Shown here: positions 1-12,915 of the stretch, one piece after another
How positions within the stretch are numbered: position 1 is the first letter of the stretch
Layout: every line of letters starts with the position of its first letter
Source of the DNA: the human T2T-CHM13v2.0 reference genome, Homo sapiens
Length of the DNA stretch: 64,000 nucleotides
Reading direction: 5' to 3' (one strand)
Assembly (NCBI RefSeq): GCF_009914755.1
Contig: NC_060926.1
The notes under the pieces: model-generated
Told to the model about the DNA's origin: nothing
Seen by the model: the letters and a program-made list of their open reading frames with translations, nothing else
Database searches by the model: none
Translations under genes and position numbers: made by a program

Positions 1-741
1 ATTAGATGATTCTTTCCCTTCATTTGCTGACTCTCAAAATAATGAATTTATTTTCTAGCATTGTTTAATGATGAGTGATGATCTGTTGTTATGAGCTTAT
101 GGATTTAGACATACTTGACATATTTCAACCTGTTGCAGTTTATTATTCTAATCCATGGTTTGTTACTCTTCTCATTTTAATTAGTGGAGTCTCCTCAACT
201 TTGAACTAAGACTTTGTACCACTCTTGCCCTAGACTGTGAATCAGCCATTTGTCCAAGGAACTTTGGTTTTGGGGGTTGTAGTTTCCAGTCTTTCAATAG
301 TCAGAGTTCTTTTTTCTTTAAGATAAACTATGTCTTGTATTTACACAGCTTGTTCTAATTCAGAATCAGGACTGCAGCAGTTTTACATAACCGTTTATCT
401 TACATTTATATCTCTTTTCACGTATATTTTCCAGTTCTCAATAGCACTGAAGGTAATAGAATTAGAGTATCACTTTCATCCCATGTTGCACACAAAAGAG
501 ACATAGAATAACAATTCAAATACTACCTCATCTATATGAGTACTGAGTTTAAAATTTGTTTGCATTTCTTTTTGTCTTCATGATGTATCTTCTTAGGGGT
601 ATTACAGTCAAATTATTATGTTTTAACATCACATGAAATAGCTCCTGTCTCAATGCTTATACTACCAATTGGATATGTATCTAGGATCGTATTTTCATTT
701 TATTTTCTATTGTCAGAAATTGCCCTTTTTAATTTAATTTT
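1..741 (-). mobile_element. Ancient L1 (L1MC4/L1ME-like) 3' region; host of the ERV insertion, continues at 8625
   Basis: Joining 720-741 to 8638-8760 gives ttttaattttgctttataatt...tttacat...tacaaaaca...tataggtaa, which resembles the recalled antisense L1MC4 3' end; highly diverged. Confidence 0.5.
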
Positions 742-743
742 TT

Positions 744-1510
744 ACATTTAAAGTGGTTTATTCTGAGCCAAATATGAGTGACCCTGGATTGTTACACAGT
801 CTCAGGAAGCCCTAAGAACATATGCCTCTAAGTAGGTGTTTGGGATATAGCTTGGTTTTATATATTTGAAGGAGGCAAGTTACAGGCAAATACATAAATC
901 AATACATGTAAGGTATACACTGGTTCAGTCCAGAAAGGCTGGACATATCACAGTGATGGCAGGGAGGGTGGGCTCACAGGTTGTAAGTGGATTCAAAGAT
1001 TTTCTGACAGGCAATTGGTAGAAAAAGATAACCTCTGCCTAAAGAGTTGAACTTAGCAGAAAGAGATGCTTGAGTTAAGATAAGGTAGATAAGATCGCTA
1101 GAGTTAAGACTCTAGTTGTGAAAATTTAGGTTTTTATTATGTAGATGAAGCTTCCATAGAGCAGGCTTCAGAGAGAATAGATGGTAAGCCTTTCTTATTG
1201 GGACCTTAAAAGGTGTGAGACACTTACTTCTTTCCTGGATCAGGAAAAGACCTGGAAAGGGAAGGAGATTCTGTACAGAATACAGATTCCCCCATAAGAG
1301 ACAGCTTTGCAGGATCATTTCAGAATGTGTCAAATAAATATATTTTGGGGTAAAATACCTTTATTTCCCTCAGGGCCTTCTACCTGTTATGTGATGCTAT
1401 ACCAGAGTCAGGCTGGAATTTGGTTATCTTATACAACAGTCTCTTTTGTTAGTTCTGTGATCTCTGTTTTAATATTAAAGCTTGTCAGTTGTTCTTAACC
1501 TCAAAAATGT
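744..1510 (-). mobile_element. MER4-group ERV1 3' LTR (MER4C/D/E-like), U3-R only, U5 absent
   Basis: tttattctgagccaaatatgagtgacc... homologous to the solo MER4A LTR at 21680; minus-strand TATAAAA (856-862) and AATAAA (757-762). Confidence 0.8.
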
Positions 1511-3621
1511 AGGAGTTTCTTTATAGCAATGTGAGAACAGACTAATACAGAAAGTTGGTACTGAAGAGTGGAGCATTGTTATAAAGATACCTGAAAATGT
1601 GAAAGTAACTTTGGAACTGGGTCATGGGCAGAGGTTAGAAGAGCATGCAGGGCTCAGAAGAAGACAGAAAGATGAGGGAAAATTTGGAACTTTTGAGAGA
1701 CTTATTAAATTGTTGTGACCAAAATGCTGACAGTGATATGAACAGTGAAGTCCAGGCTGAGGAGGTCTAGATGGAAATGAAGAATTTATTGGGAACTGGA
1801 GCAAAGGTCACTTTTGTTATAGGTTAGGAAAGAGCTTGGTTGCATTTTGCCTCTGCCCTAGGGAACTGTGGAACTTTGAACTTACGAGTGATGATTTAGG
1901 GTATCTGGAGGATGAAATTTCTAAGGAGCAAAGTGTTCAAAATGTAACCTGGCTACCTCTACTAGCCTGTGCTCATATGAATGAGCAAATAAATGATGTA
2001 AAACTGGAACTTATATTTAAAAGGGAAGCAGAGCTTAATGTCTTAGAAGATTGGCAGCCTGGTCATCTGCTGTCTAAGCTTGGAGGCTTGGAAAATTTGC
2101 AGCCTAGCCCATTTTCTGGGAAGGAATTCAAACTGGCTGCAGAAATTTCCATAACTAAAATGAAGGCAAATGCTATTAGCCAAGACAATGGGAAAAAAGC
2201 TTTGAAGGCATTTCGGAGACATTTGTGCAGCTCCTCCCATTACAGGCATGGGGACCTAGGAGAACTCAATCGTTTCATGGGCCAGGCCCAGGGCCTTGCT
2301 GCCCTGCACAGACTTGGGACACTGCTCCCTACATCTCAGCTGCTTCAGCTCTAGCCATGGCTCCAAGGGGCCCAAGTACAGCATGGGCCACTGCTTCAGA
2401 GGGTGCAAGCCATAAGCCTTGGTGGTTTCTACATGATGTTAAACCAGCAGGTATATACAGTCTTAAGAGTTGAGGCTTGAGAGCCTCTGCCTAGATTTCA
2501 GAGGATATATAGAAAAGACTGGATGTACAGGCAGAAGCCTCCTGCACTGGTGGAACCCTCATGGAGAACCTCTACTAGGGAAGGGGAAATGTGTGGTTGA
2601 AGCCCCCACACAGAATCCCCATTGGGGCACTGCCTAGTGGAGCTGTCAGAAGAGGGCCTCTGTCCTCTAGACCCTGGAATGGTAGATACAATGGCAGCTT
2701 GCATCCTGCATCTGGAAAAGCTGCAAGCACTCAGTGCCAGCCCTTGAGAGTAGCCATGGGGGCTGAGCCCTGCAAAGCCACAGGGACAGAGCTCCCCAAG
2801 GCCTTGGGAGCCTACCCATTGCATCAGTATGCCCTAGATGTGAGATATTGAGTCAAAGGAGTTTATTTCAAAGCCTTAATATTTAATGACTGCCCTGCTG
2901 GGTTTCAGACTTGTGTGAGGCCTGTGTACCCTTTCTTTTGATCAATTTCTCCCTTTCGGAATGGGGGTATTTACCCAATGCCTGTATCCCCATTATATCT
3001 TGGAAGGAACTAACTTGCTTTTGATTTTACAGGCTCCTAGGCAGAAGGGATTTATCTTGTCTTAGATGAGATTTTGACCTTGGATTTTTGACTTAATACT
3101 GGAATGAGTTAAGACTCTAAAGAACTGTTGGGAAGGCGTGATTGCATTTTGCAATGTGAGAAGAAGATGAGATTTGGTAGGGGCCAGGGGCTGAATGATA
3201 TGGTTGAGATCTATGTCCCTGCTCAAATCTCATAATGAATTATAATCCCCAATATTGTAGGACGGGCTTGGTGGGAGGTGATTTGATTATGGGGTGGTGT
3301 CTCATGGTTTAACGTAATTTTCCTAGTGCTGTTATCATGATAGATTTTTCACAAGAGCTGGTTGTTTAAAAGTGTATGGCACCTCGTTCTTCTCTCTTTT
3401 CCTCCTGCTTTGGACATGTAAAGTGCAGGCTCCCTGTTGGCTTTCTTCCATGATTATATGTTTTCTGAGGCCTCCCCTGAAGCCAAGCAGATGCTGCCAT
3501 GCTTTCTATAAAGCCTGGGGAACCATGAGCCAATTTAACCTCTTTTCTTTATAATTTAACCAGATTCAGGTGTTTCTTTGTAGCAATGTCTAATGACTAC
3601 ATTCAGAGAATGACTAATTCA
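1511..3621 (+). mobile_element. MSTA MaLR element: 5' LTR remnant 1511-1549, internal 1550-3195, 3' LTR 3196-3621
   Basis: ...gactaataca|gaaagttggtac LTR/internal junction; internal ORF fragments (LWNFEL..DDLGYL) similar to the THE1 internal ORF at 30533; 3' LTR starts tgatatggtt and has MSTA-type gaagccaagcagatg. Confidence 0.85.
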
Positions 3622-4022
3622 GAGAGAAAAGTAATCTTTGTTGTTTTACCCACTCTTGTTAGCTCTAAGGACTTTAAAAAAAAGTGTGTTTTTTTTTTAA
3701 TTTACTCTGGAAAACAAAACAAAGAATGAATAAAGTTTTAAACAAAAGATAAGCACTGCCTAGCTCTGATGATGACAGGAAAAGGATACTCACAGGCAGC
3801 TAAATATTTAAATTATTTGGGACTAAGTCAAAGAACATATTATATTGTTAGATAGAGGAAACATGACTAAATGAGTATTTATGGTTTTGTATACAGGCCT
3901 GGTACTATATCACATGAAGGCAGTTTATTTTGACTGTCATCCGCTCTCAGGTCTGAAGATGAGTCTTTAACTTGAATTTGGTGTCAGATACCAGTGTTGA
4001 TGTTTAAGATTCAGTAGGAGTT

Positions 4023-4310
4023 GGGCTGGGTGTGCTGGCTGTCACCTGTAATCCCAGCCCTTTGAGAGACCAAGGCAGGTGGATCACTTGAGACCAGGAG
4101 TTTAAGACCACCCTGGCCAACATGGCAAAACCCTGTCTCTACTAAAATACAAATAAATAGCCAGGTGTGGTGCATGCCTGTAGTCCCAGCTCCTTGGGAG
4201 GCTGAGTTATGAGAATCTCTTGAACCCAGGAGGCAGAGGTTGCTGTGAGCCAAGATCTTGTTGGTGCACTTCAGTCTGGTCAACAGAGCAAGACTCTGTC
4301 TCAAAAAAAA
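4023..4310 (+). mobile_element. Alu (old, AluJ/S-like), full length
   Basis: ggctgggtgtg...actctgtctcaaaaaaaa; perfect 16-bp TSD AAGATTCAGTAGGAGT at 4006-4021 and 4311-4326. Confidence 0.95.
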
Positions 4311-4511
4311 AAGATTCAGTAGGAGTCAGTACTCCTTTTCAGATGAGTTAGGAGTTAGGTGTGTACCTACGGGTCAAAGCCTTGCAACTTAACAGCACAA
4401 AGTAGTTTGGTTAACAATATTTGATAAAGACCCTGGAGCTGGAGAGAATTTTTTAAATGATGTTTAGTCTTTCGGCTAGAGCAGGTAGGACTGGAGGTTT
4501 TTGGTTATTTT

Positions 4512-4786
4512 TGTTGTTTTTTTTTTTAAGAGACGGAGTCTCGCTCTGTTGCCCAGGCTGGAGTGCAGTGGCGCGATCTCTGCTCATTGCAAGCTCCGCC
4601 TCCTGGGTTCACCCGCCGTTCTCCTGCCTCAGCCTCCCGAGTAGCTGGGACTACGGGCACCTGCCACCATGCCCGGCTAATTTTTGTATTTTTAGTAGAG
4701 ACGGGGTTTCACCGTGTTAGCCAAGATGGTCTCGATCTCCTGACCTCATGATCCACCTGCCTCGGCCTCCCAAAGTGCTGGGATTT
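4512..4786 (-). mobile_element. AluY, slightly 5'-truncated
   Basis: AluY diagnostics gcaagctccgcctcc and accgtgttagcc..gatggtctcgatctcctgacc; many CpGs retained. Confidence 0.9.
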
Positions 4787-5369
4787 CAGTGGAGTTTTTT
4801 CCTTAAGTGGAAGCTGTAAAAAAATTTTACAACCTTACAGTGGTTAATTTTTATAATTTTAATAAGCCCCTAGCAATAGCTCTAAGTCAGACACTTAATT
4901 TAGTGTTCGATTTTGAAGATGTTTGTCAAAGATGTTAAAAGCCTCAAAACATTTGATTAAAACAGAGTCATAGGTCATTGTAAAATAACAGTTATTCATT
5001 TATCCAGTGTGATAATAAAAAGAGCTCAAAAGTGATGTAAAAAGTTACATGGATGTAAAAACTTATCTCTCAAAATTTAGTTTTCTTAAGGCAATTTTAA
5101 AAACCGAATAAAAACAACAGGAATTGTTGCAAAATCTTTGTTTCTTAAGCTAGTTATCAAAAAGGTAAGGAAGAGCCTGCAGTGTGATAGTTTTTGCTTA
5201 TGGGAAGCTCCTTCGGATAACCAGAAAGTTAAACTTGATGAAAAGAGAATGTGAGTTAATCAGACATAGGAAGACCAGTACTATGTCATAGAGCCCTTAA
5301 GCAAGAGAATATGTGACTCTTAGCGACAACATGGGAAGTTGCCTGGTTATAATGAACACTTTAAACATA

Positions 5370-5976
5370 TGTTTGGGCTCAGAAAACAATACCCCACAAT
5401 GGAAGCCTCAGAAACAACTTCAAAAATAAAAGTTTTTGGCCTTCTGCCCTTCTGTCACTCAGCTCCATTTTCCCTTGAGGCTGCCCATAGAAACTAGAAC
5501 CTCTTTTCCTCCATGTGGATCCTAGAAACCAAAACTCCTTTTCCTCAAAGCCAGCAATACAAACTAAAAATATTACCCTAATTTTTCCTTCACCTTTCTG
5601 TGTGAGAACCAGCCATAAAGAAATGCTCTGATCTTCCTTGTTGGACTGTAGATTATAAGACTCCCATACCCAGAAAGAAGGAAGTGCTTACTCAAGGAGA
5701 TTAAGAATCTATACAGACAGACAGGCCTTGCTGGCTTTTCCCACACAGTCTACTAGCATTAAAGTATACCCTTTTTAATATCATATTTTCACGTCTTTCC
5801 ATACTTTATTGACAGTATAAAATTGACAATTTACCCTGTATCTTTGGTCTTTCTTCTGTAAACTCCCCCATATATACACCAAACAAATCTGCATACCTTC
5901 CCTTCAACCAGTCTGTCTTTTTTGAGCTTTTTCGTTGATTTTTCAGCAAACCTTCAGAGGGCCTCTGGCTGCTAAA
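5370..5976 (+). mobile_element. Solo LTR, MER39/MER39B-like (ERV1), nested in MER4 internal
   Basis: Starts tgtttgggctcagaaaacaatacccc, ends ...gcaaaccttcagagggc...gctaaa; 4-bp TSD CATA at 5366-5369 and 5977-5980. Confidence 0.75.
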
Positions 5977-8510
5977 CATATTAAGAAAAGCCAGGAGTAC
6001 AGAATTAAGTTATACTGGAGGAAAACCGTGTCTTTTTAAAACCTTCAAAATAAAACATTTTAGCATCAGGCTATAACAACAGATGTAGAACTGGAGGAAA
6101 AAAAAAGTGTTACAGGAGCCAACAAAAGTTGAAGCTTCAATGAATGGGTGTGTGAAAGAAAAAAAAATGTTGAAGAAGAGAGTTAGCATCTCAGGTCTTC
6201 TCAAAGGGTGGACAGTTGAAAGCAGCAGGGTATAGAAACTGAACTTTTAAAATATCAATCTGAGAAACTTAAAAGAAACAGATTATATAGAATTAAAAAT
6301 TTAAAACTTACAATTTCACGAAGAGTAATTGTAAAAGTAAAGAAATCTTGTTATACTAACCAATTATTTAGTTATGTATTAGCATATTTTAATGTAAAAG
6401 CTTAATCTCTAGGAAGACTAAGTCTCTTAATTATAGCAAACTTAACCACGTAGAAAATATCTTTTATTAATTCTGTTTTTATGAATCTTATCACGACTTA
6501 CAAAAACCATTTACAACATGCTCATACTTTCTATTTTGTTGTAGATATCCATCTGCCTTAACTAACCAGTCATTTATGTTAGGACAGAAATTTATTATAC
6601 AAAATTATTCTGTTTTTAAGCTTTCTTGTCAGAAATACCTCTTAATATCTGTAGTTTCTTCACAACTTTCTCTCTTACTTACTGGTTTCTTTTTCATTTG
6701 TTTCATAAATAATATTGAAATGAACTTTGAATTAGATAAAAATTATTTTCCTTTTAAAAAGAACACATTTTCATGTCTGTCATAATTTTTTTAATCCAAA
6801 CCACATCTTATTTTGGCATACTTGATATACAGAATTATATAGGAACTAGAATTTTTATACTTAGTAACCTTACATTTTTGTGAAAACCTAGGAAGTAGAA
6901 ATCTTGAATTGTCTGTCACTTCAGCATTTTATAGATAAGAACCATTTTATAAATTTTTTAAGAAAAAATATCTTCGTATGTATTTTTTAAAATTGGAAAT
7001 TATACAGGCATTTAATGAGTATATATCATTTAATTTACTACAATTTAAGATTTTAAATTACATGACAAGCTCATTTATAAGCATTTATCCTGAAACATTT
7101 ACCTAATTAATTTATTTTTAATAGTTTACCTAGATTACTTATGAAAAACTGAGATATTAGAAAAAGCTAGAAATTATTTAAAGTTATTTTTCTGTTAATC
7201 ATTTTTTTTTTAGTCTGTGACTATCGGGTATTTATCTAAGTAAGAACCTTAAGGTTAAATATATGGTTTTTAAATTGTTTTGCCAATAACTCAGGATTTT
7301 ACTGTTTTCATTAAACCGACAACACTGAATATCTTTTTTATCAAAAATTACACAAATATAATTCTGTTTTGCATTAGGTTTATAGTTTTATAACCTTCAT
7401 GTCAAAACTGGACACCTCATAATATCTAGCAGAGATAAATATAAAACTGCTTAATCAATAAATTCAGAAAAAAATGTATATTGATGATTCTGAAGACATT
7501 TTAAAATTTATTTTAATAGTAATTTAAAACTCAGCTTATTTATTTAATATTTACTTAAATCACATAAACTTGAAAAATATTTTGGCTTATTTATGTAATT
7601 TTTGAGTACTCTATTTTCAAGCCAATTTGGTACCTCGTGGCCAAAACACGTTACAAAATACATGTCCCTACACATAAACATATCTAAACACACATACACA
7701 CAAACACAAAGATCATATTGCTTTTACTTCAGAACTCTGGCTATGAGATAGTAATATGAACTTACCAGCTTACAAAAGAAAAAAATGTAAAAGATTGGGT
7801 CCAAAGAATGGGTTTTATCTTGACACAAGTAGAAAAGTAATGGCAGATTTAAAGCAGGCAGAAAAAGAAAACAGAGAAACAGATAACTTAGCTTTGAAGA
7901 CTCTATATTTTAAAATGTGTACACTAGAAGACCATAACCAGATGAAGTACTAAAAACCCCAGCATGCCCTTGAACTTTCCCATTTACGCAAATACTTGGA
8001 AGCAGAGGTGCCATAAAACTGACTGGGTTGCTCCAAAGGGGGTCATTCTCTTTGTCTTTCTTCATTTGTAAATGATTTGTTTATATATATATTTTTCTTT
8101 AAGGGAGGAACTGAACTGTAGTCTAGATTTCAGTGTAGTGGAACTGAGAAGCTCAGTCTGTCATTTGTTTATGCAACGGACAGTCCGGTTTCTCGAGCAA
8201 ATGCAAAGATGAGCTAATTGAAATTGATTATGAGAGAAAAAGGCAATGGAGAAGATCCTTTAGAATGAACATCTGAATCAAAATTAGGATCCTGAAAACT
8301 TCCCAGGAAAAGAACAAGCTCAGACTAAACCAAAGGACTGTCAACCAAGTGGGAGATCCAGGGCTCAGGACGACTAACAGTTCTATCAGAGAAGAATCTC
8401 TCAGTCGAGGGGCTTTCAATGGGCACATCTTGGTATCTTAGTTCTGAGTTCAGGTAATTCCTTTAGCAGGTCCTGAGTTTTCTCTGAGGCTGCCTATGGG
8501 TGCCAATTAA

Positions 8511-8624
8511 TGCTGATGAAAGAAACCAAACTCTGTCAAATATTCAAAGAGGTTTTTTCTGAGCCCAATATGCATGACCATGGCTTGTAACACAGCCTCA
8601 GGAAGTCCTGAGAACATGTTCTCC
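8511..8624 (-). mobile_element. MER4-group 5' LTR, R-U5 only (U3 absent)
   Basis: tgctgatgaaagaaaccaaactctgt...ctgagaacatgtt aligns with 744-828 and 21680-21790; adjacent to the PBS. Confidence 0.8.
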
Positions 8625-10280
8625 TTGATTTAATTTTGCTTTATAATTTAGCAAAAATTTACATTTTTCCACAGTTCAATTTACAAAACAATTTAAAGAA
8701 GAGTGGCCTCAATCCTTGTCCTCTCTACCTTATACCTTTTTTTTTTTCATTATAGGTAAACAATGGGGTCTGAGAGTTAGGGCATAATATTCCCCCCACT
8801 TTTTTTTAACTGGAAATTTCTAGTGAAGATACTAGCCTTATGTCATTGTTTTTTTCAGGTAGTTTGGATTCCTGAAGGTGATAGTATAAGAAGAGCTGAC
8901 TGAATAATATTTCCTTAGTGTCGCATGCAGAAAACAGTTGATCTGCACCTTCATATTTCAGAGTTACTTGTGTGCTCCAAAATCACCTTTTATTTTTATT
9001 CCTTCAGTTGTCTTCTACCATAAATCATTTGCTGTCAATGATGTCAAAACTTTGATTACAGTCTATTTTTCTTTCTCCTTTATAAAAAATGCCTTGGAGT
9101 TCTTTCCCTACATTCCCAAAGTTTCTTTTTCTTTTTTTTTTAATTTTAAAATTTTGCTAGAATTTGAGTAGAATATGTCTCCTTCTTGGTTATTATGGTG
9201 ACTTTGCCCAAGTTTACAACATACTCTTGATATGTACATGTTTTTGAATTTAAAGTATTTTTTTAATTTTTAATTTTAGTATCCATTCTGCCTCTTGTTT
9301 TGGTTTACTTCTTTGAGGAGTCTTATATGTTGGATTTTTTTTTCTGCCTTCCATATTTGTGACATCCTTTTGAATCATTTTTCTTCTTTTTTTATTTGAA
9401 CATTTTCTTATGTTTATATTTTTGTTTTTTTTATAGTGCTACCCATTTTGTTGCATTCTTTCTGGTTCATTTTTCCTTTTAGACATTACTTACTTTCCTT
9501 ATTTTTAAATTTCCTGAGTTCTATCACCCAATTTCTGAGTTTTTCTAATTTTTATTCATATTGTTTTTTCATATCTTCTATTTTCTTAATTGCTTTTAGC
9601 TCATTTTGAAAAATTAGGCTAGAGTTTTAATCTGATTTGTTGACAATTTTTGTATGCTTTCATTGCTTGTAGGGATGTTATTTTCTCCTCCTTTTCTTTT
9701 ATAATCTTATCACAACTTTACATAAGATGTGAGCACAATGTTTTGTTCATTTTTAATTTTTGTCATGAGATTAGACTTTCTAAGATTTTAAACAAAGGTA
9801 GTGGCTTACAATATCTTTTCTATATTTATAATTTTGTAACTCTCAATTCTGGTGGTTTTAATAGATAGAAGTATAGCTTCATACTTTCAGATTTATCCTG
9901 GCCTTGTCTTCTCCCCAGTGTTTTTCTGGACTTTTTCTTTAATCACTCTTATTCCAGTTTGTCTCAGTTGGTTTTTATTTCCAAAATTTACCTTTAATAT
10001 AAGACTTAGTCCTGAAAGGTAGCTTTTGGGAATTCATATGACTCAGATTGTTCCAACTCTTTTTGATCTGAACACAAACACAAACCTTTGCCCTTGCCAG
10101 TGAGTTGGCTTAGAAAATGCCCTTTCAATTACTGCTGATCTCATTGACAACCTGTTGCCTATTTTGGTATGTTAAACGGGCTTTTGGTATCCTTTATTTT
10201 CTCCAACACTGATGCCGCTACCATGAGTGTCTTCTGACTATTAATGGCTTACTCTCACTCAATTCCATTATAAGAATCTT
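8625..10280 (-). mobile_element. Ancient L1M/HAL1-like relics
   Basis: Very T-rich antisense LINE-like sequence; only weak similarity to recalled consensus. Confidence 0.4.
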
Positions 10281-10289
10281 TGAGATAGC

Positions 10290-10988
10290 TTGTGCATTAA
10301 TTTCCTATGTCTTATAACAAATTCTATGCCACATGATACACTTGGCTGCTTAAAATTACAGCCATTTATTACTTCACATTTTTTGTGTGTCAGAAGTCCC
10401 ATAGACTTACCATACCTGTGTCCTTGGCGTAGGGTATCACCAGGCTGAAATAAAGGAGTTTTCTGGGCTGTATTCTCATCTGTGGACTCTACTAGAGAAG
10501 AATCTGCTTCAGAGATCCCTCAGGTTGTCGGAATTCATTTCCTTGCATGCAGCTGCACAATTTATGGCAGGATGCTTCTTCAAAGCTGTTAAAGGAGAGA
10601 CAAAGGCTGTACTTTTTGTAGTCTCTAATGTTAGGCAAAGACTGGGATCTCTCCATAGGCAGTTCTTAACATGGCTCTTTCCTTCTACAAGGCCAGAAGA
10701 ATCTCTTTTCTTTAAAAAGGCCCAGTCCCTCTTTTAATGAATCTCACTTGATTAAGCCAGGTCTACGCATGTTAATTTCTCTTTTAATTAACTCAAAATC
10801 AACTGTTTTGAGACCTTAATTATATCTACAAAACCTCTCCATCTTTACCATGTAACTTAAGGTAATCCTGGCTTTGATATTCCATTATATGCATAGGTCC
10901 TTCCCACCCTCAAGGGGAGAGATTGTACAGGGTGTGTACACCAGGTGGGCAAGGATCTTGGGGTCCATTTTAAAATCCAACCATCACA
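10290..10988 (-). mobile_element. MLT1E-family MaLR solo LTR
   Basis: atttattacttcaca...caggctgaaataaagg...gaatctgcttc...aaggggagagattgtacagggtgtgtacaccagg...ccatcaca. Confidence 0.7.
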
Positions 10989-12349
10989 GCTTGCCACCTA
11001 TTTTTGTTGTAGATTTTGTTCCTGTTTTTGTTTGTTTGTTTGTTTTGCTATTCTGGTTGTATTATCTTTTATTATGGAGGAATTCACAAACTAGCCATCA
11101 TGATTACCTTTCCCTAAAATCCTTTAATTAAAGTTTTGTATATTAACACAATTTAATAGGAAGTAATACAATAGTAACAAAAGACACTACAGCATCATAG
11201 GTATGATATTCCGATATCAAAGTATAGGTCCTCAGTCTCTCATCATTTTGATTTAAAATTACTTTCCTCACTGATTTAGCTGATCCTCCCAAGTTCTCAT
11301 TATAGAAACATGTTCATGTCTCCATTATAGCAATTAGTACATTTTATTATCTATATTCTTTGACCCTTGATTTCTAAACTGGCAAACATGGATCCCTACA
11401 GGAAATTCAAGGAAAAAAGAGACATTAAAATTTGTATTAAAAGTTATTTTTTATTTTTTAACTTTTGACTTATATTTTCAGCTATATTTCATAATATGTG
11501 CACTAATTTAACAGGTAGTTTATACATATAGTTTTAAATTGAGTATAATATGTGTTCTGTAAGAATATATTAATTTGTACATATTTTGGGGCACATGCTC
11601 AAACATTTTTCACATACAGTGTTCATGAAGAAAACATTTTGGAAACCACTTTTTAGATAGTGAACTATTTTAATAGGTGCTGTATATCTCTATTTCTATC
11701 CATAGATCTTTTGCACTTGGCACATACATAAAAACAATAAAATGCAGCTGTTCTGCAATAAACTAACATAATGTTATCACTTACCTGGACCACAGCATTA
11801 TCCACTATAGTTCTATCTTCTTTTATTAGCTTTACCATATCAGTTCTGGTAGGACAACTTTTCTAATATGTCCTTGTTTTTAGTATGTGAAAACTATCAA
11901 ATTATGTTTTTCATATTATATGCTAATATCTGTTTACTGATAGGATGAATATCTTGCAGAAATGTCCCTGAATCTTTCATAGAAATGTTAACACTTATGC
12001 TTTCCAGGTTACATTTTGTGTCCAAGGAATGAAGAGTATTAAAATCTAAATTTTTTCATTGTGTTTGCAAATGCTCTTTCAGGCTCTTTAAAATTCAGAG
12101 CCCAAACGATCTAATTGGCAGTTGTACATATCAAGCTGAAGTTAGAATTGATTATACATTGCGATCATCTGTTTGTTCTATTTAGAGGTGAAAAAGCATT
12201 TCTTTTCCCACTTTGGCTTCAGTATTTGTTTGGCAATCAAAGTACTTGGACTTGTAAGTTACATCAGTGTAAAATACTTTTTTAAAAATGAGATTTTTAA
12301 AAAATGTATTCTTTAAAATAATGTTTAGTAGTTCTGAGTTCAAAGAAAA

Positions 12350-12915
12350 GACATTCAACCCAGCAACCCCATTACTGAGTATACATCCAAAGTAATAGAA
12401 ATCATTCTACCATAAAGACACGTACATGTGAATGTTCATTGCAGTGCTATTCACAATAGCAAAGACATGGACTCACCCTAAATGCCCATCAGTGACAGAT
12501 TGTATAAGGAAAATGTGGTACATATACAGCATGGAATACTATACAGCCATAAAAAGGAAGATCATGTCTTTTGGGGGAATATGGATGGAGCTGGAGGCTG
12601 TTACCCTTAGCAAGCTAACTTAGGAACAGAAAACCAAATACCGCATATTCTCACTTATAAGTAGAAGCAGAATGATGAGAACTCATGACACGAAGAGGGG
12701 AACAACAGACACCAGGGTTACTTGAGGGTAGAGAGTGGGAAGAGGGAGAGGATCAGAAAAAATACCTGTTAGGTACCTGGCTTAGTGCCTCGGTGATGAA
12801 ATAATCTGTAAAACAGAGCTCTGTGACATGAGTTTACCAGTATAACAAACCCACACGTGCACCCTGAACCTAAATTAAAAGTTTAAAAACATTAAAAAAT
12901 AAATACATAAAAAAT
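12350..12915 (+). mobile_element. L1PA (about L1PA13-16) 3' end, 5'-truncated
   Basis: ORF2 C-terminus MFIAVLFTIAKTW..PKCPS; ttctcacttataagt; 3' UTR and A-rich tail. Confidence 0.9.

Larger units (their letters stand above)
3622..8510 (-). mobile_element. MER4-group ERV internal sequence (non-coding, AT-rich) with primer-binding site near 8488-8505
   Basis: Lies between two MER4-type LTR pieces in the same orientation; minus strand reads LTR-end ...TCAGCA ttaat TGGCACCCA, a TGG-initiated PBS. Confidence 0.75.

Noticed and set aside
1836-2851. ORFs of 82-172 aa
   Set aside because: Frameshifted pieces of the MSTA internal ORF or its antisense; not host genes.
4011-4751. ORFs with Alu-type peptides (also 15315, 27813, 41064)
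   Set aside because: Translations of Alu sequence.
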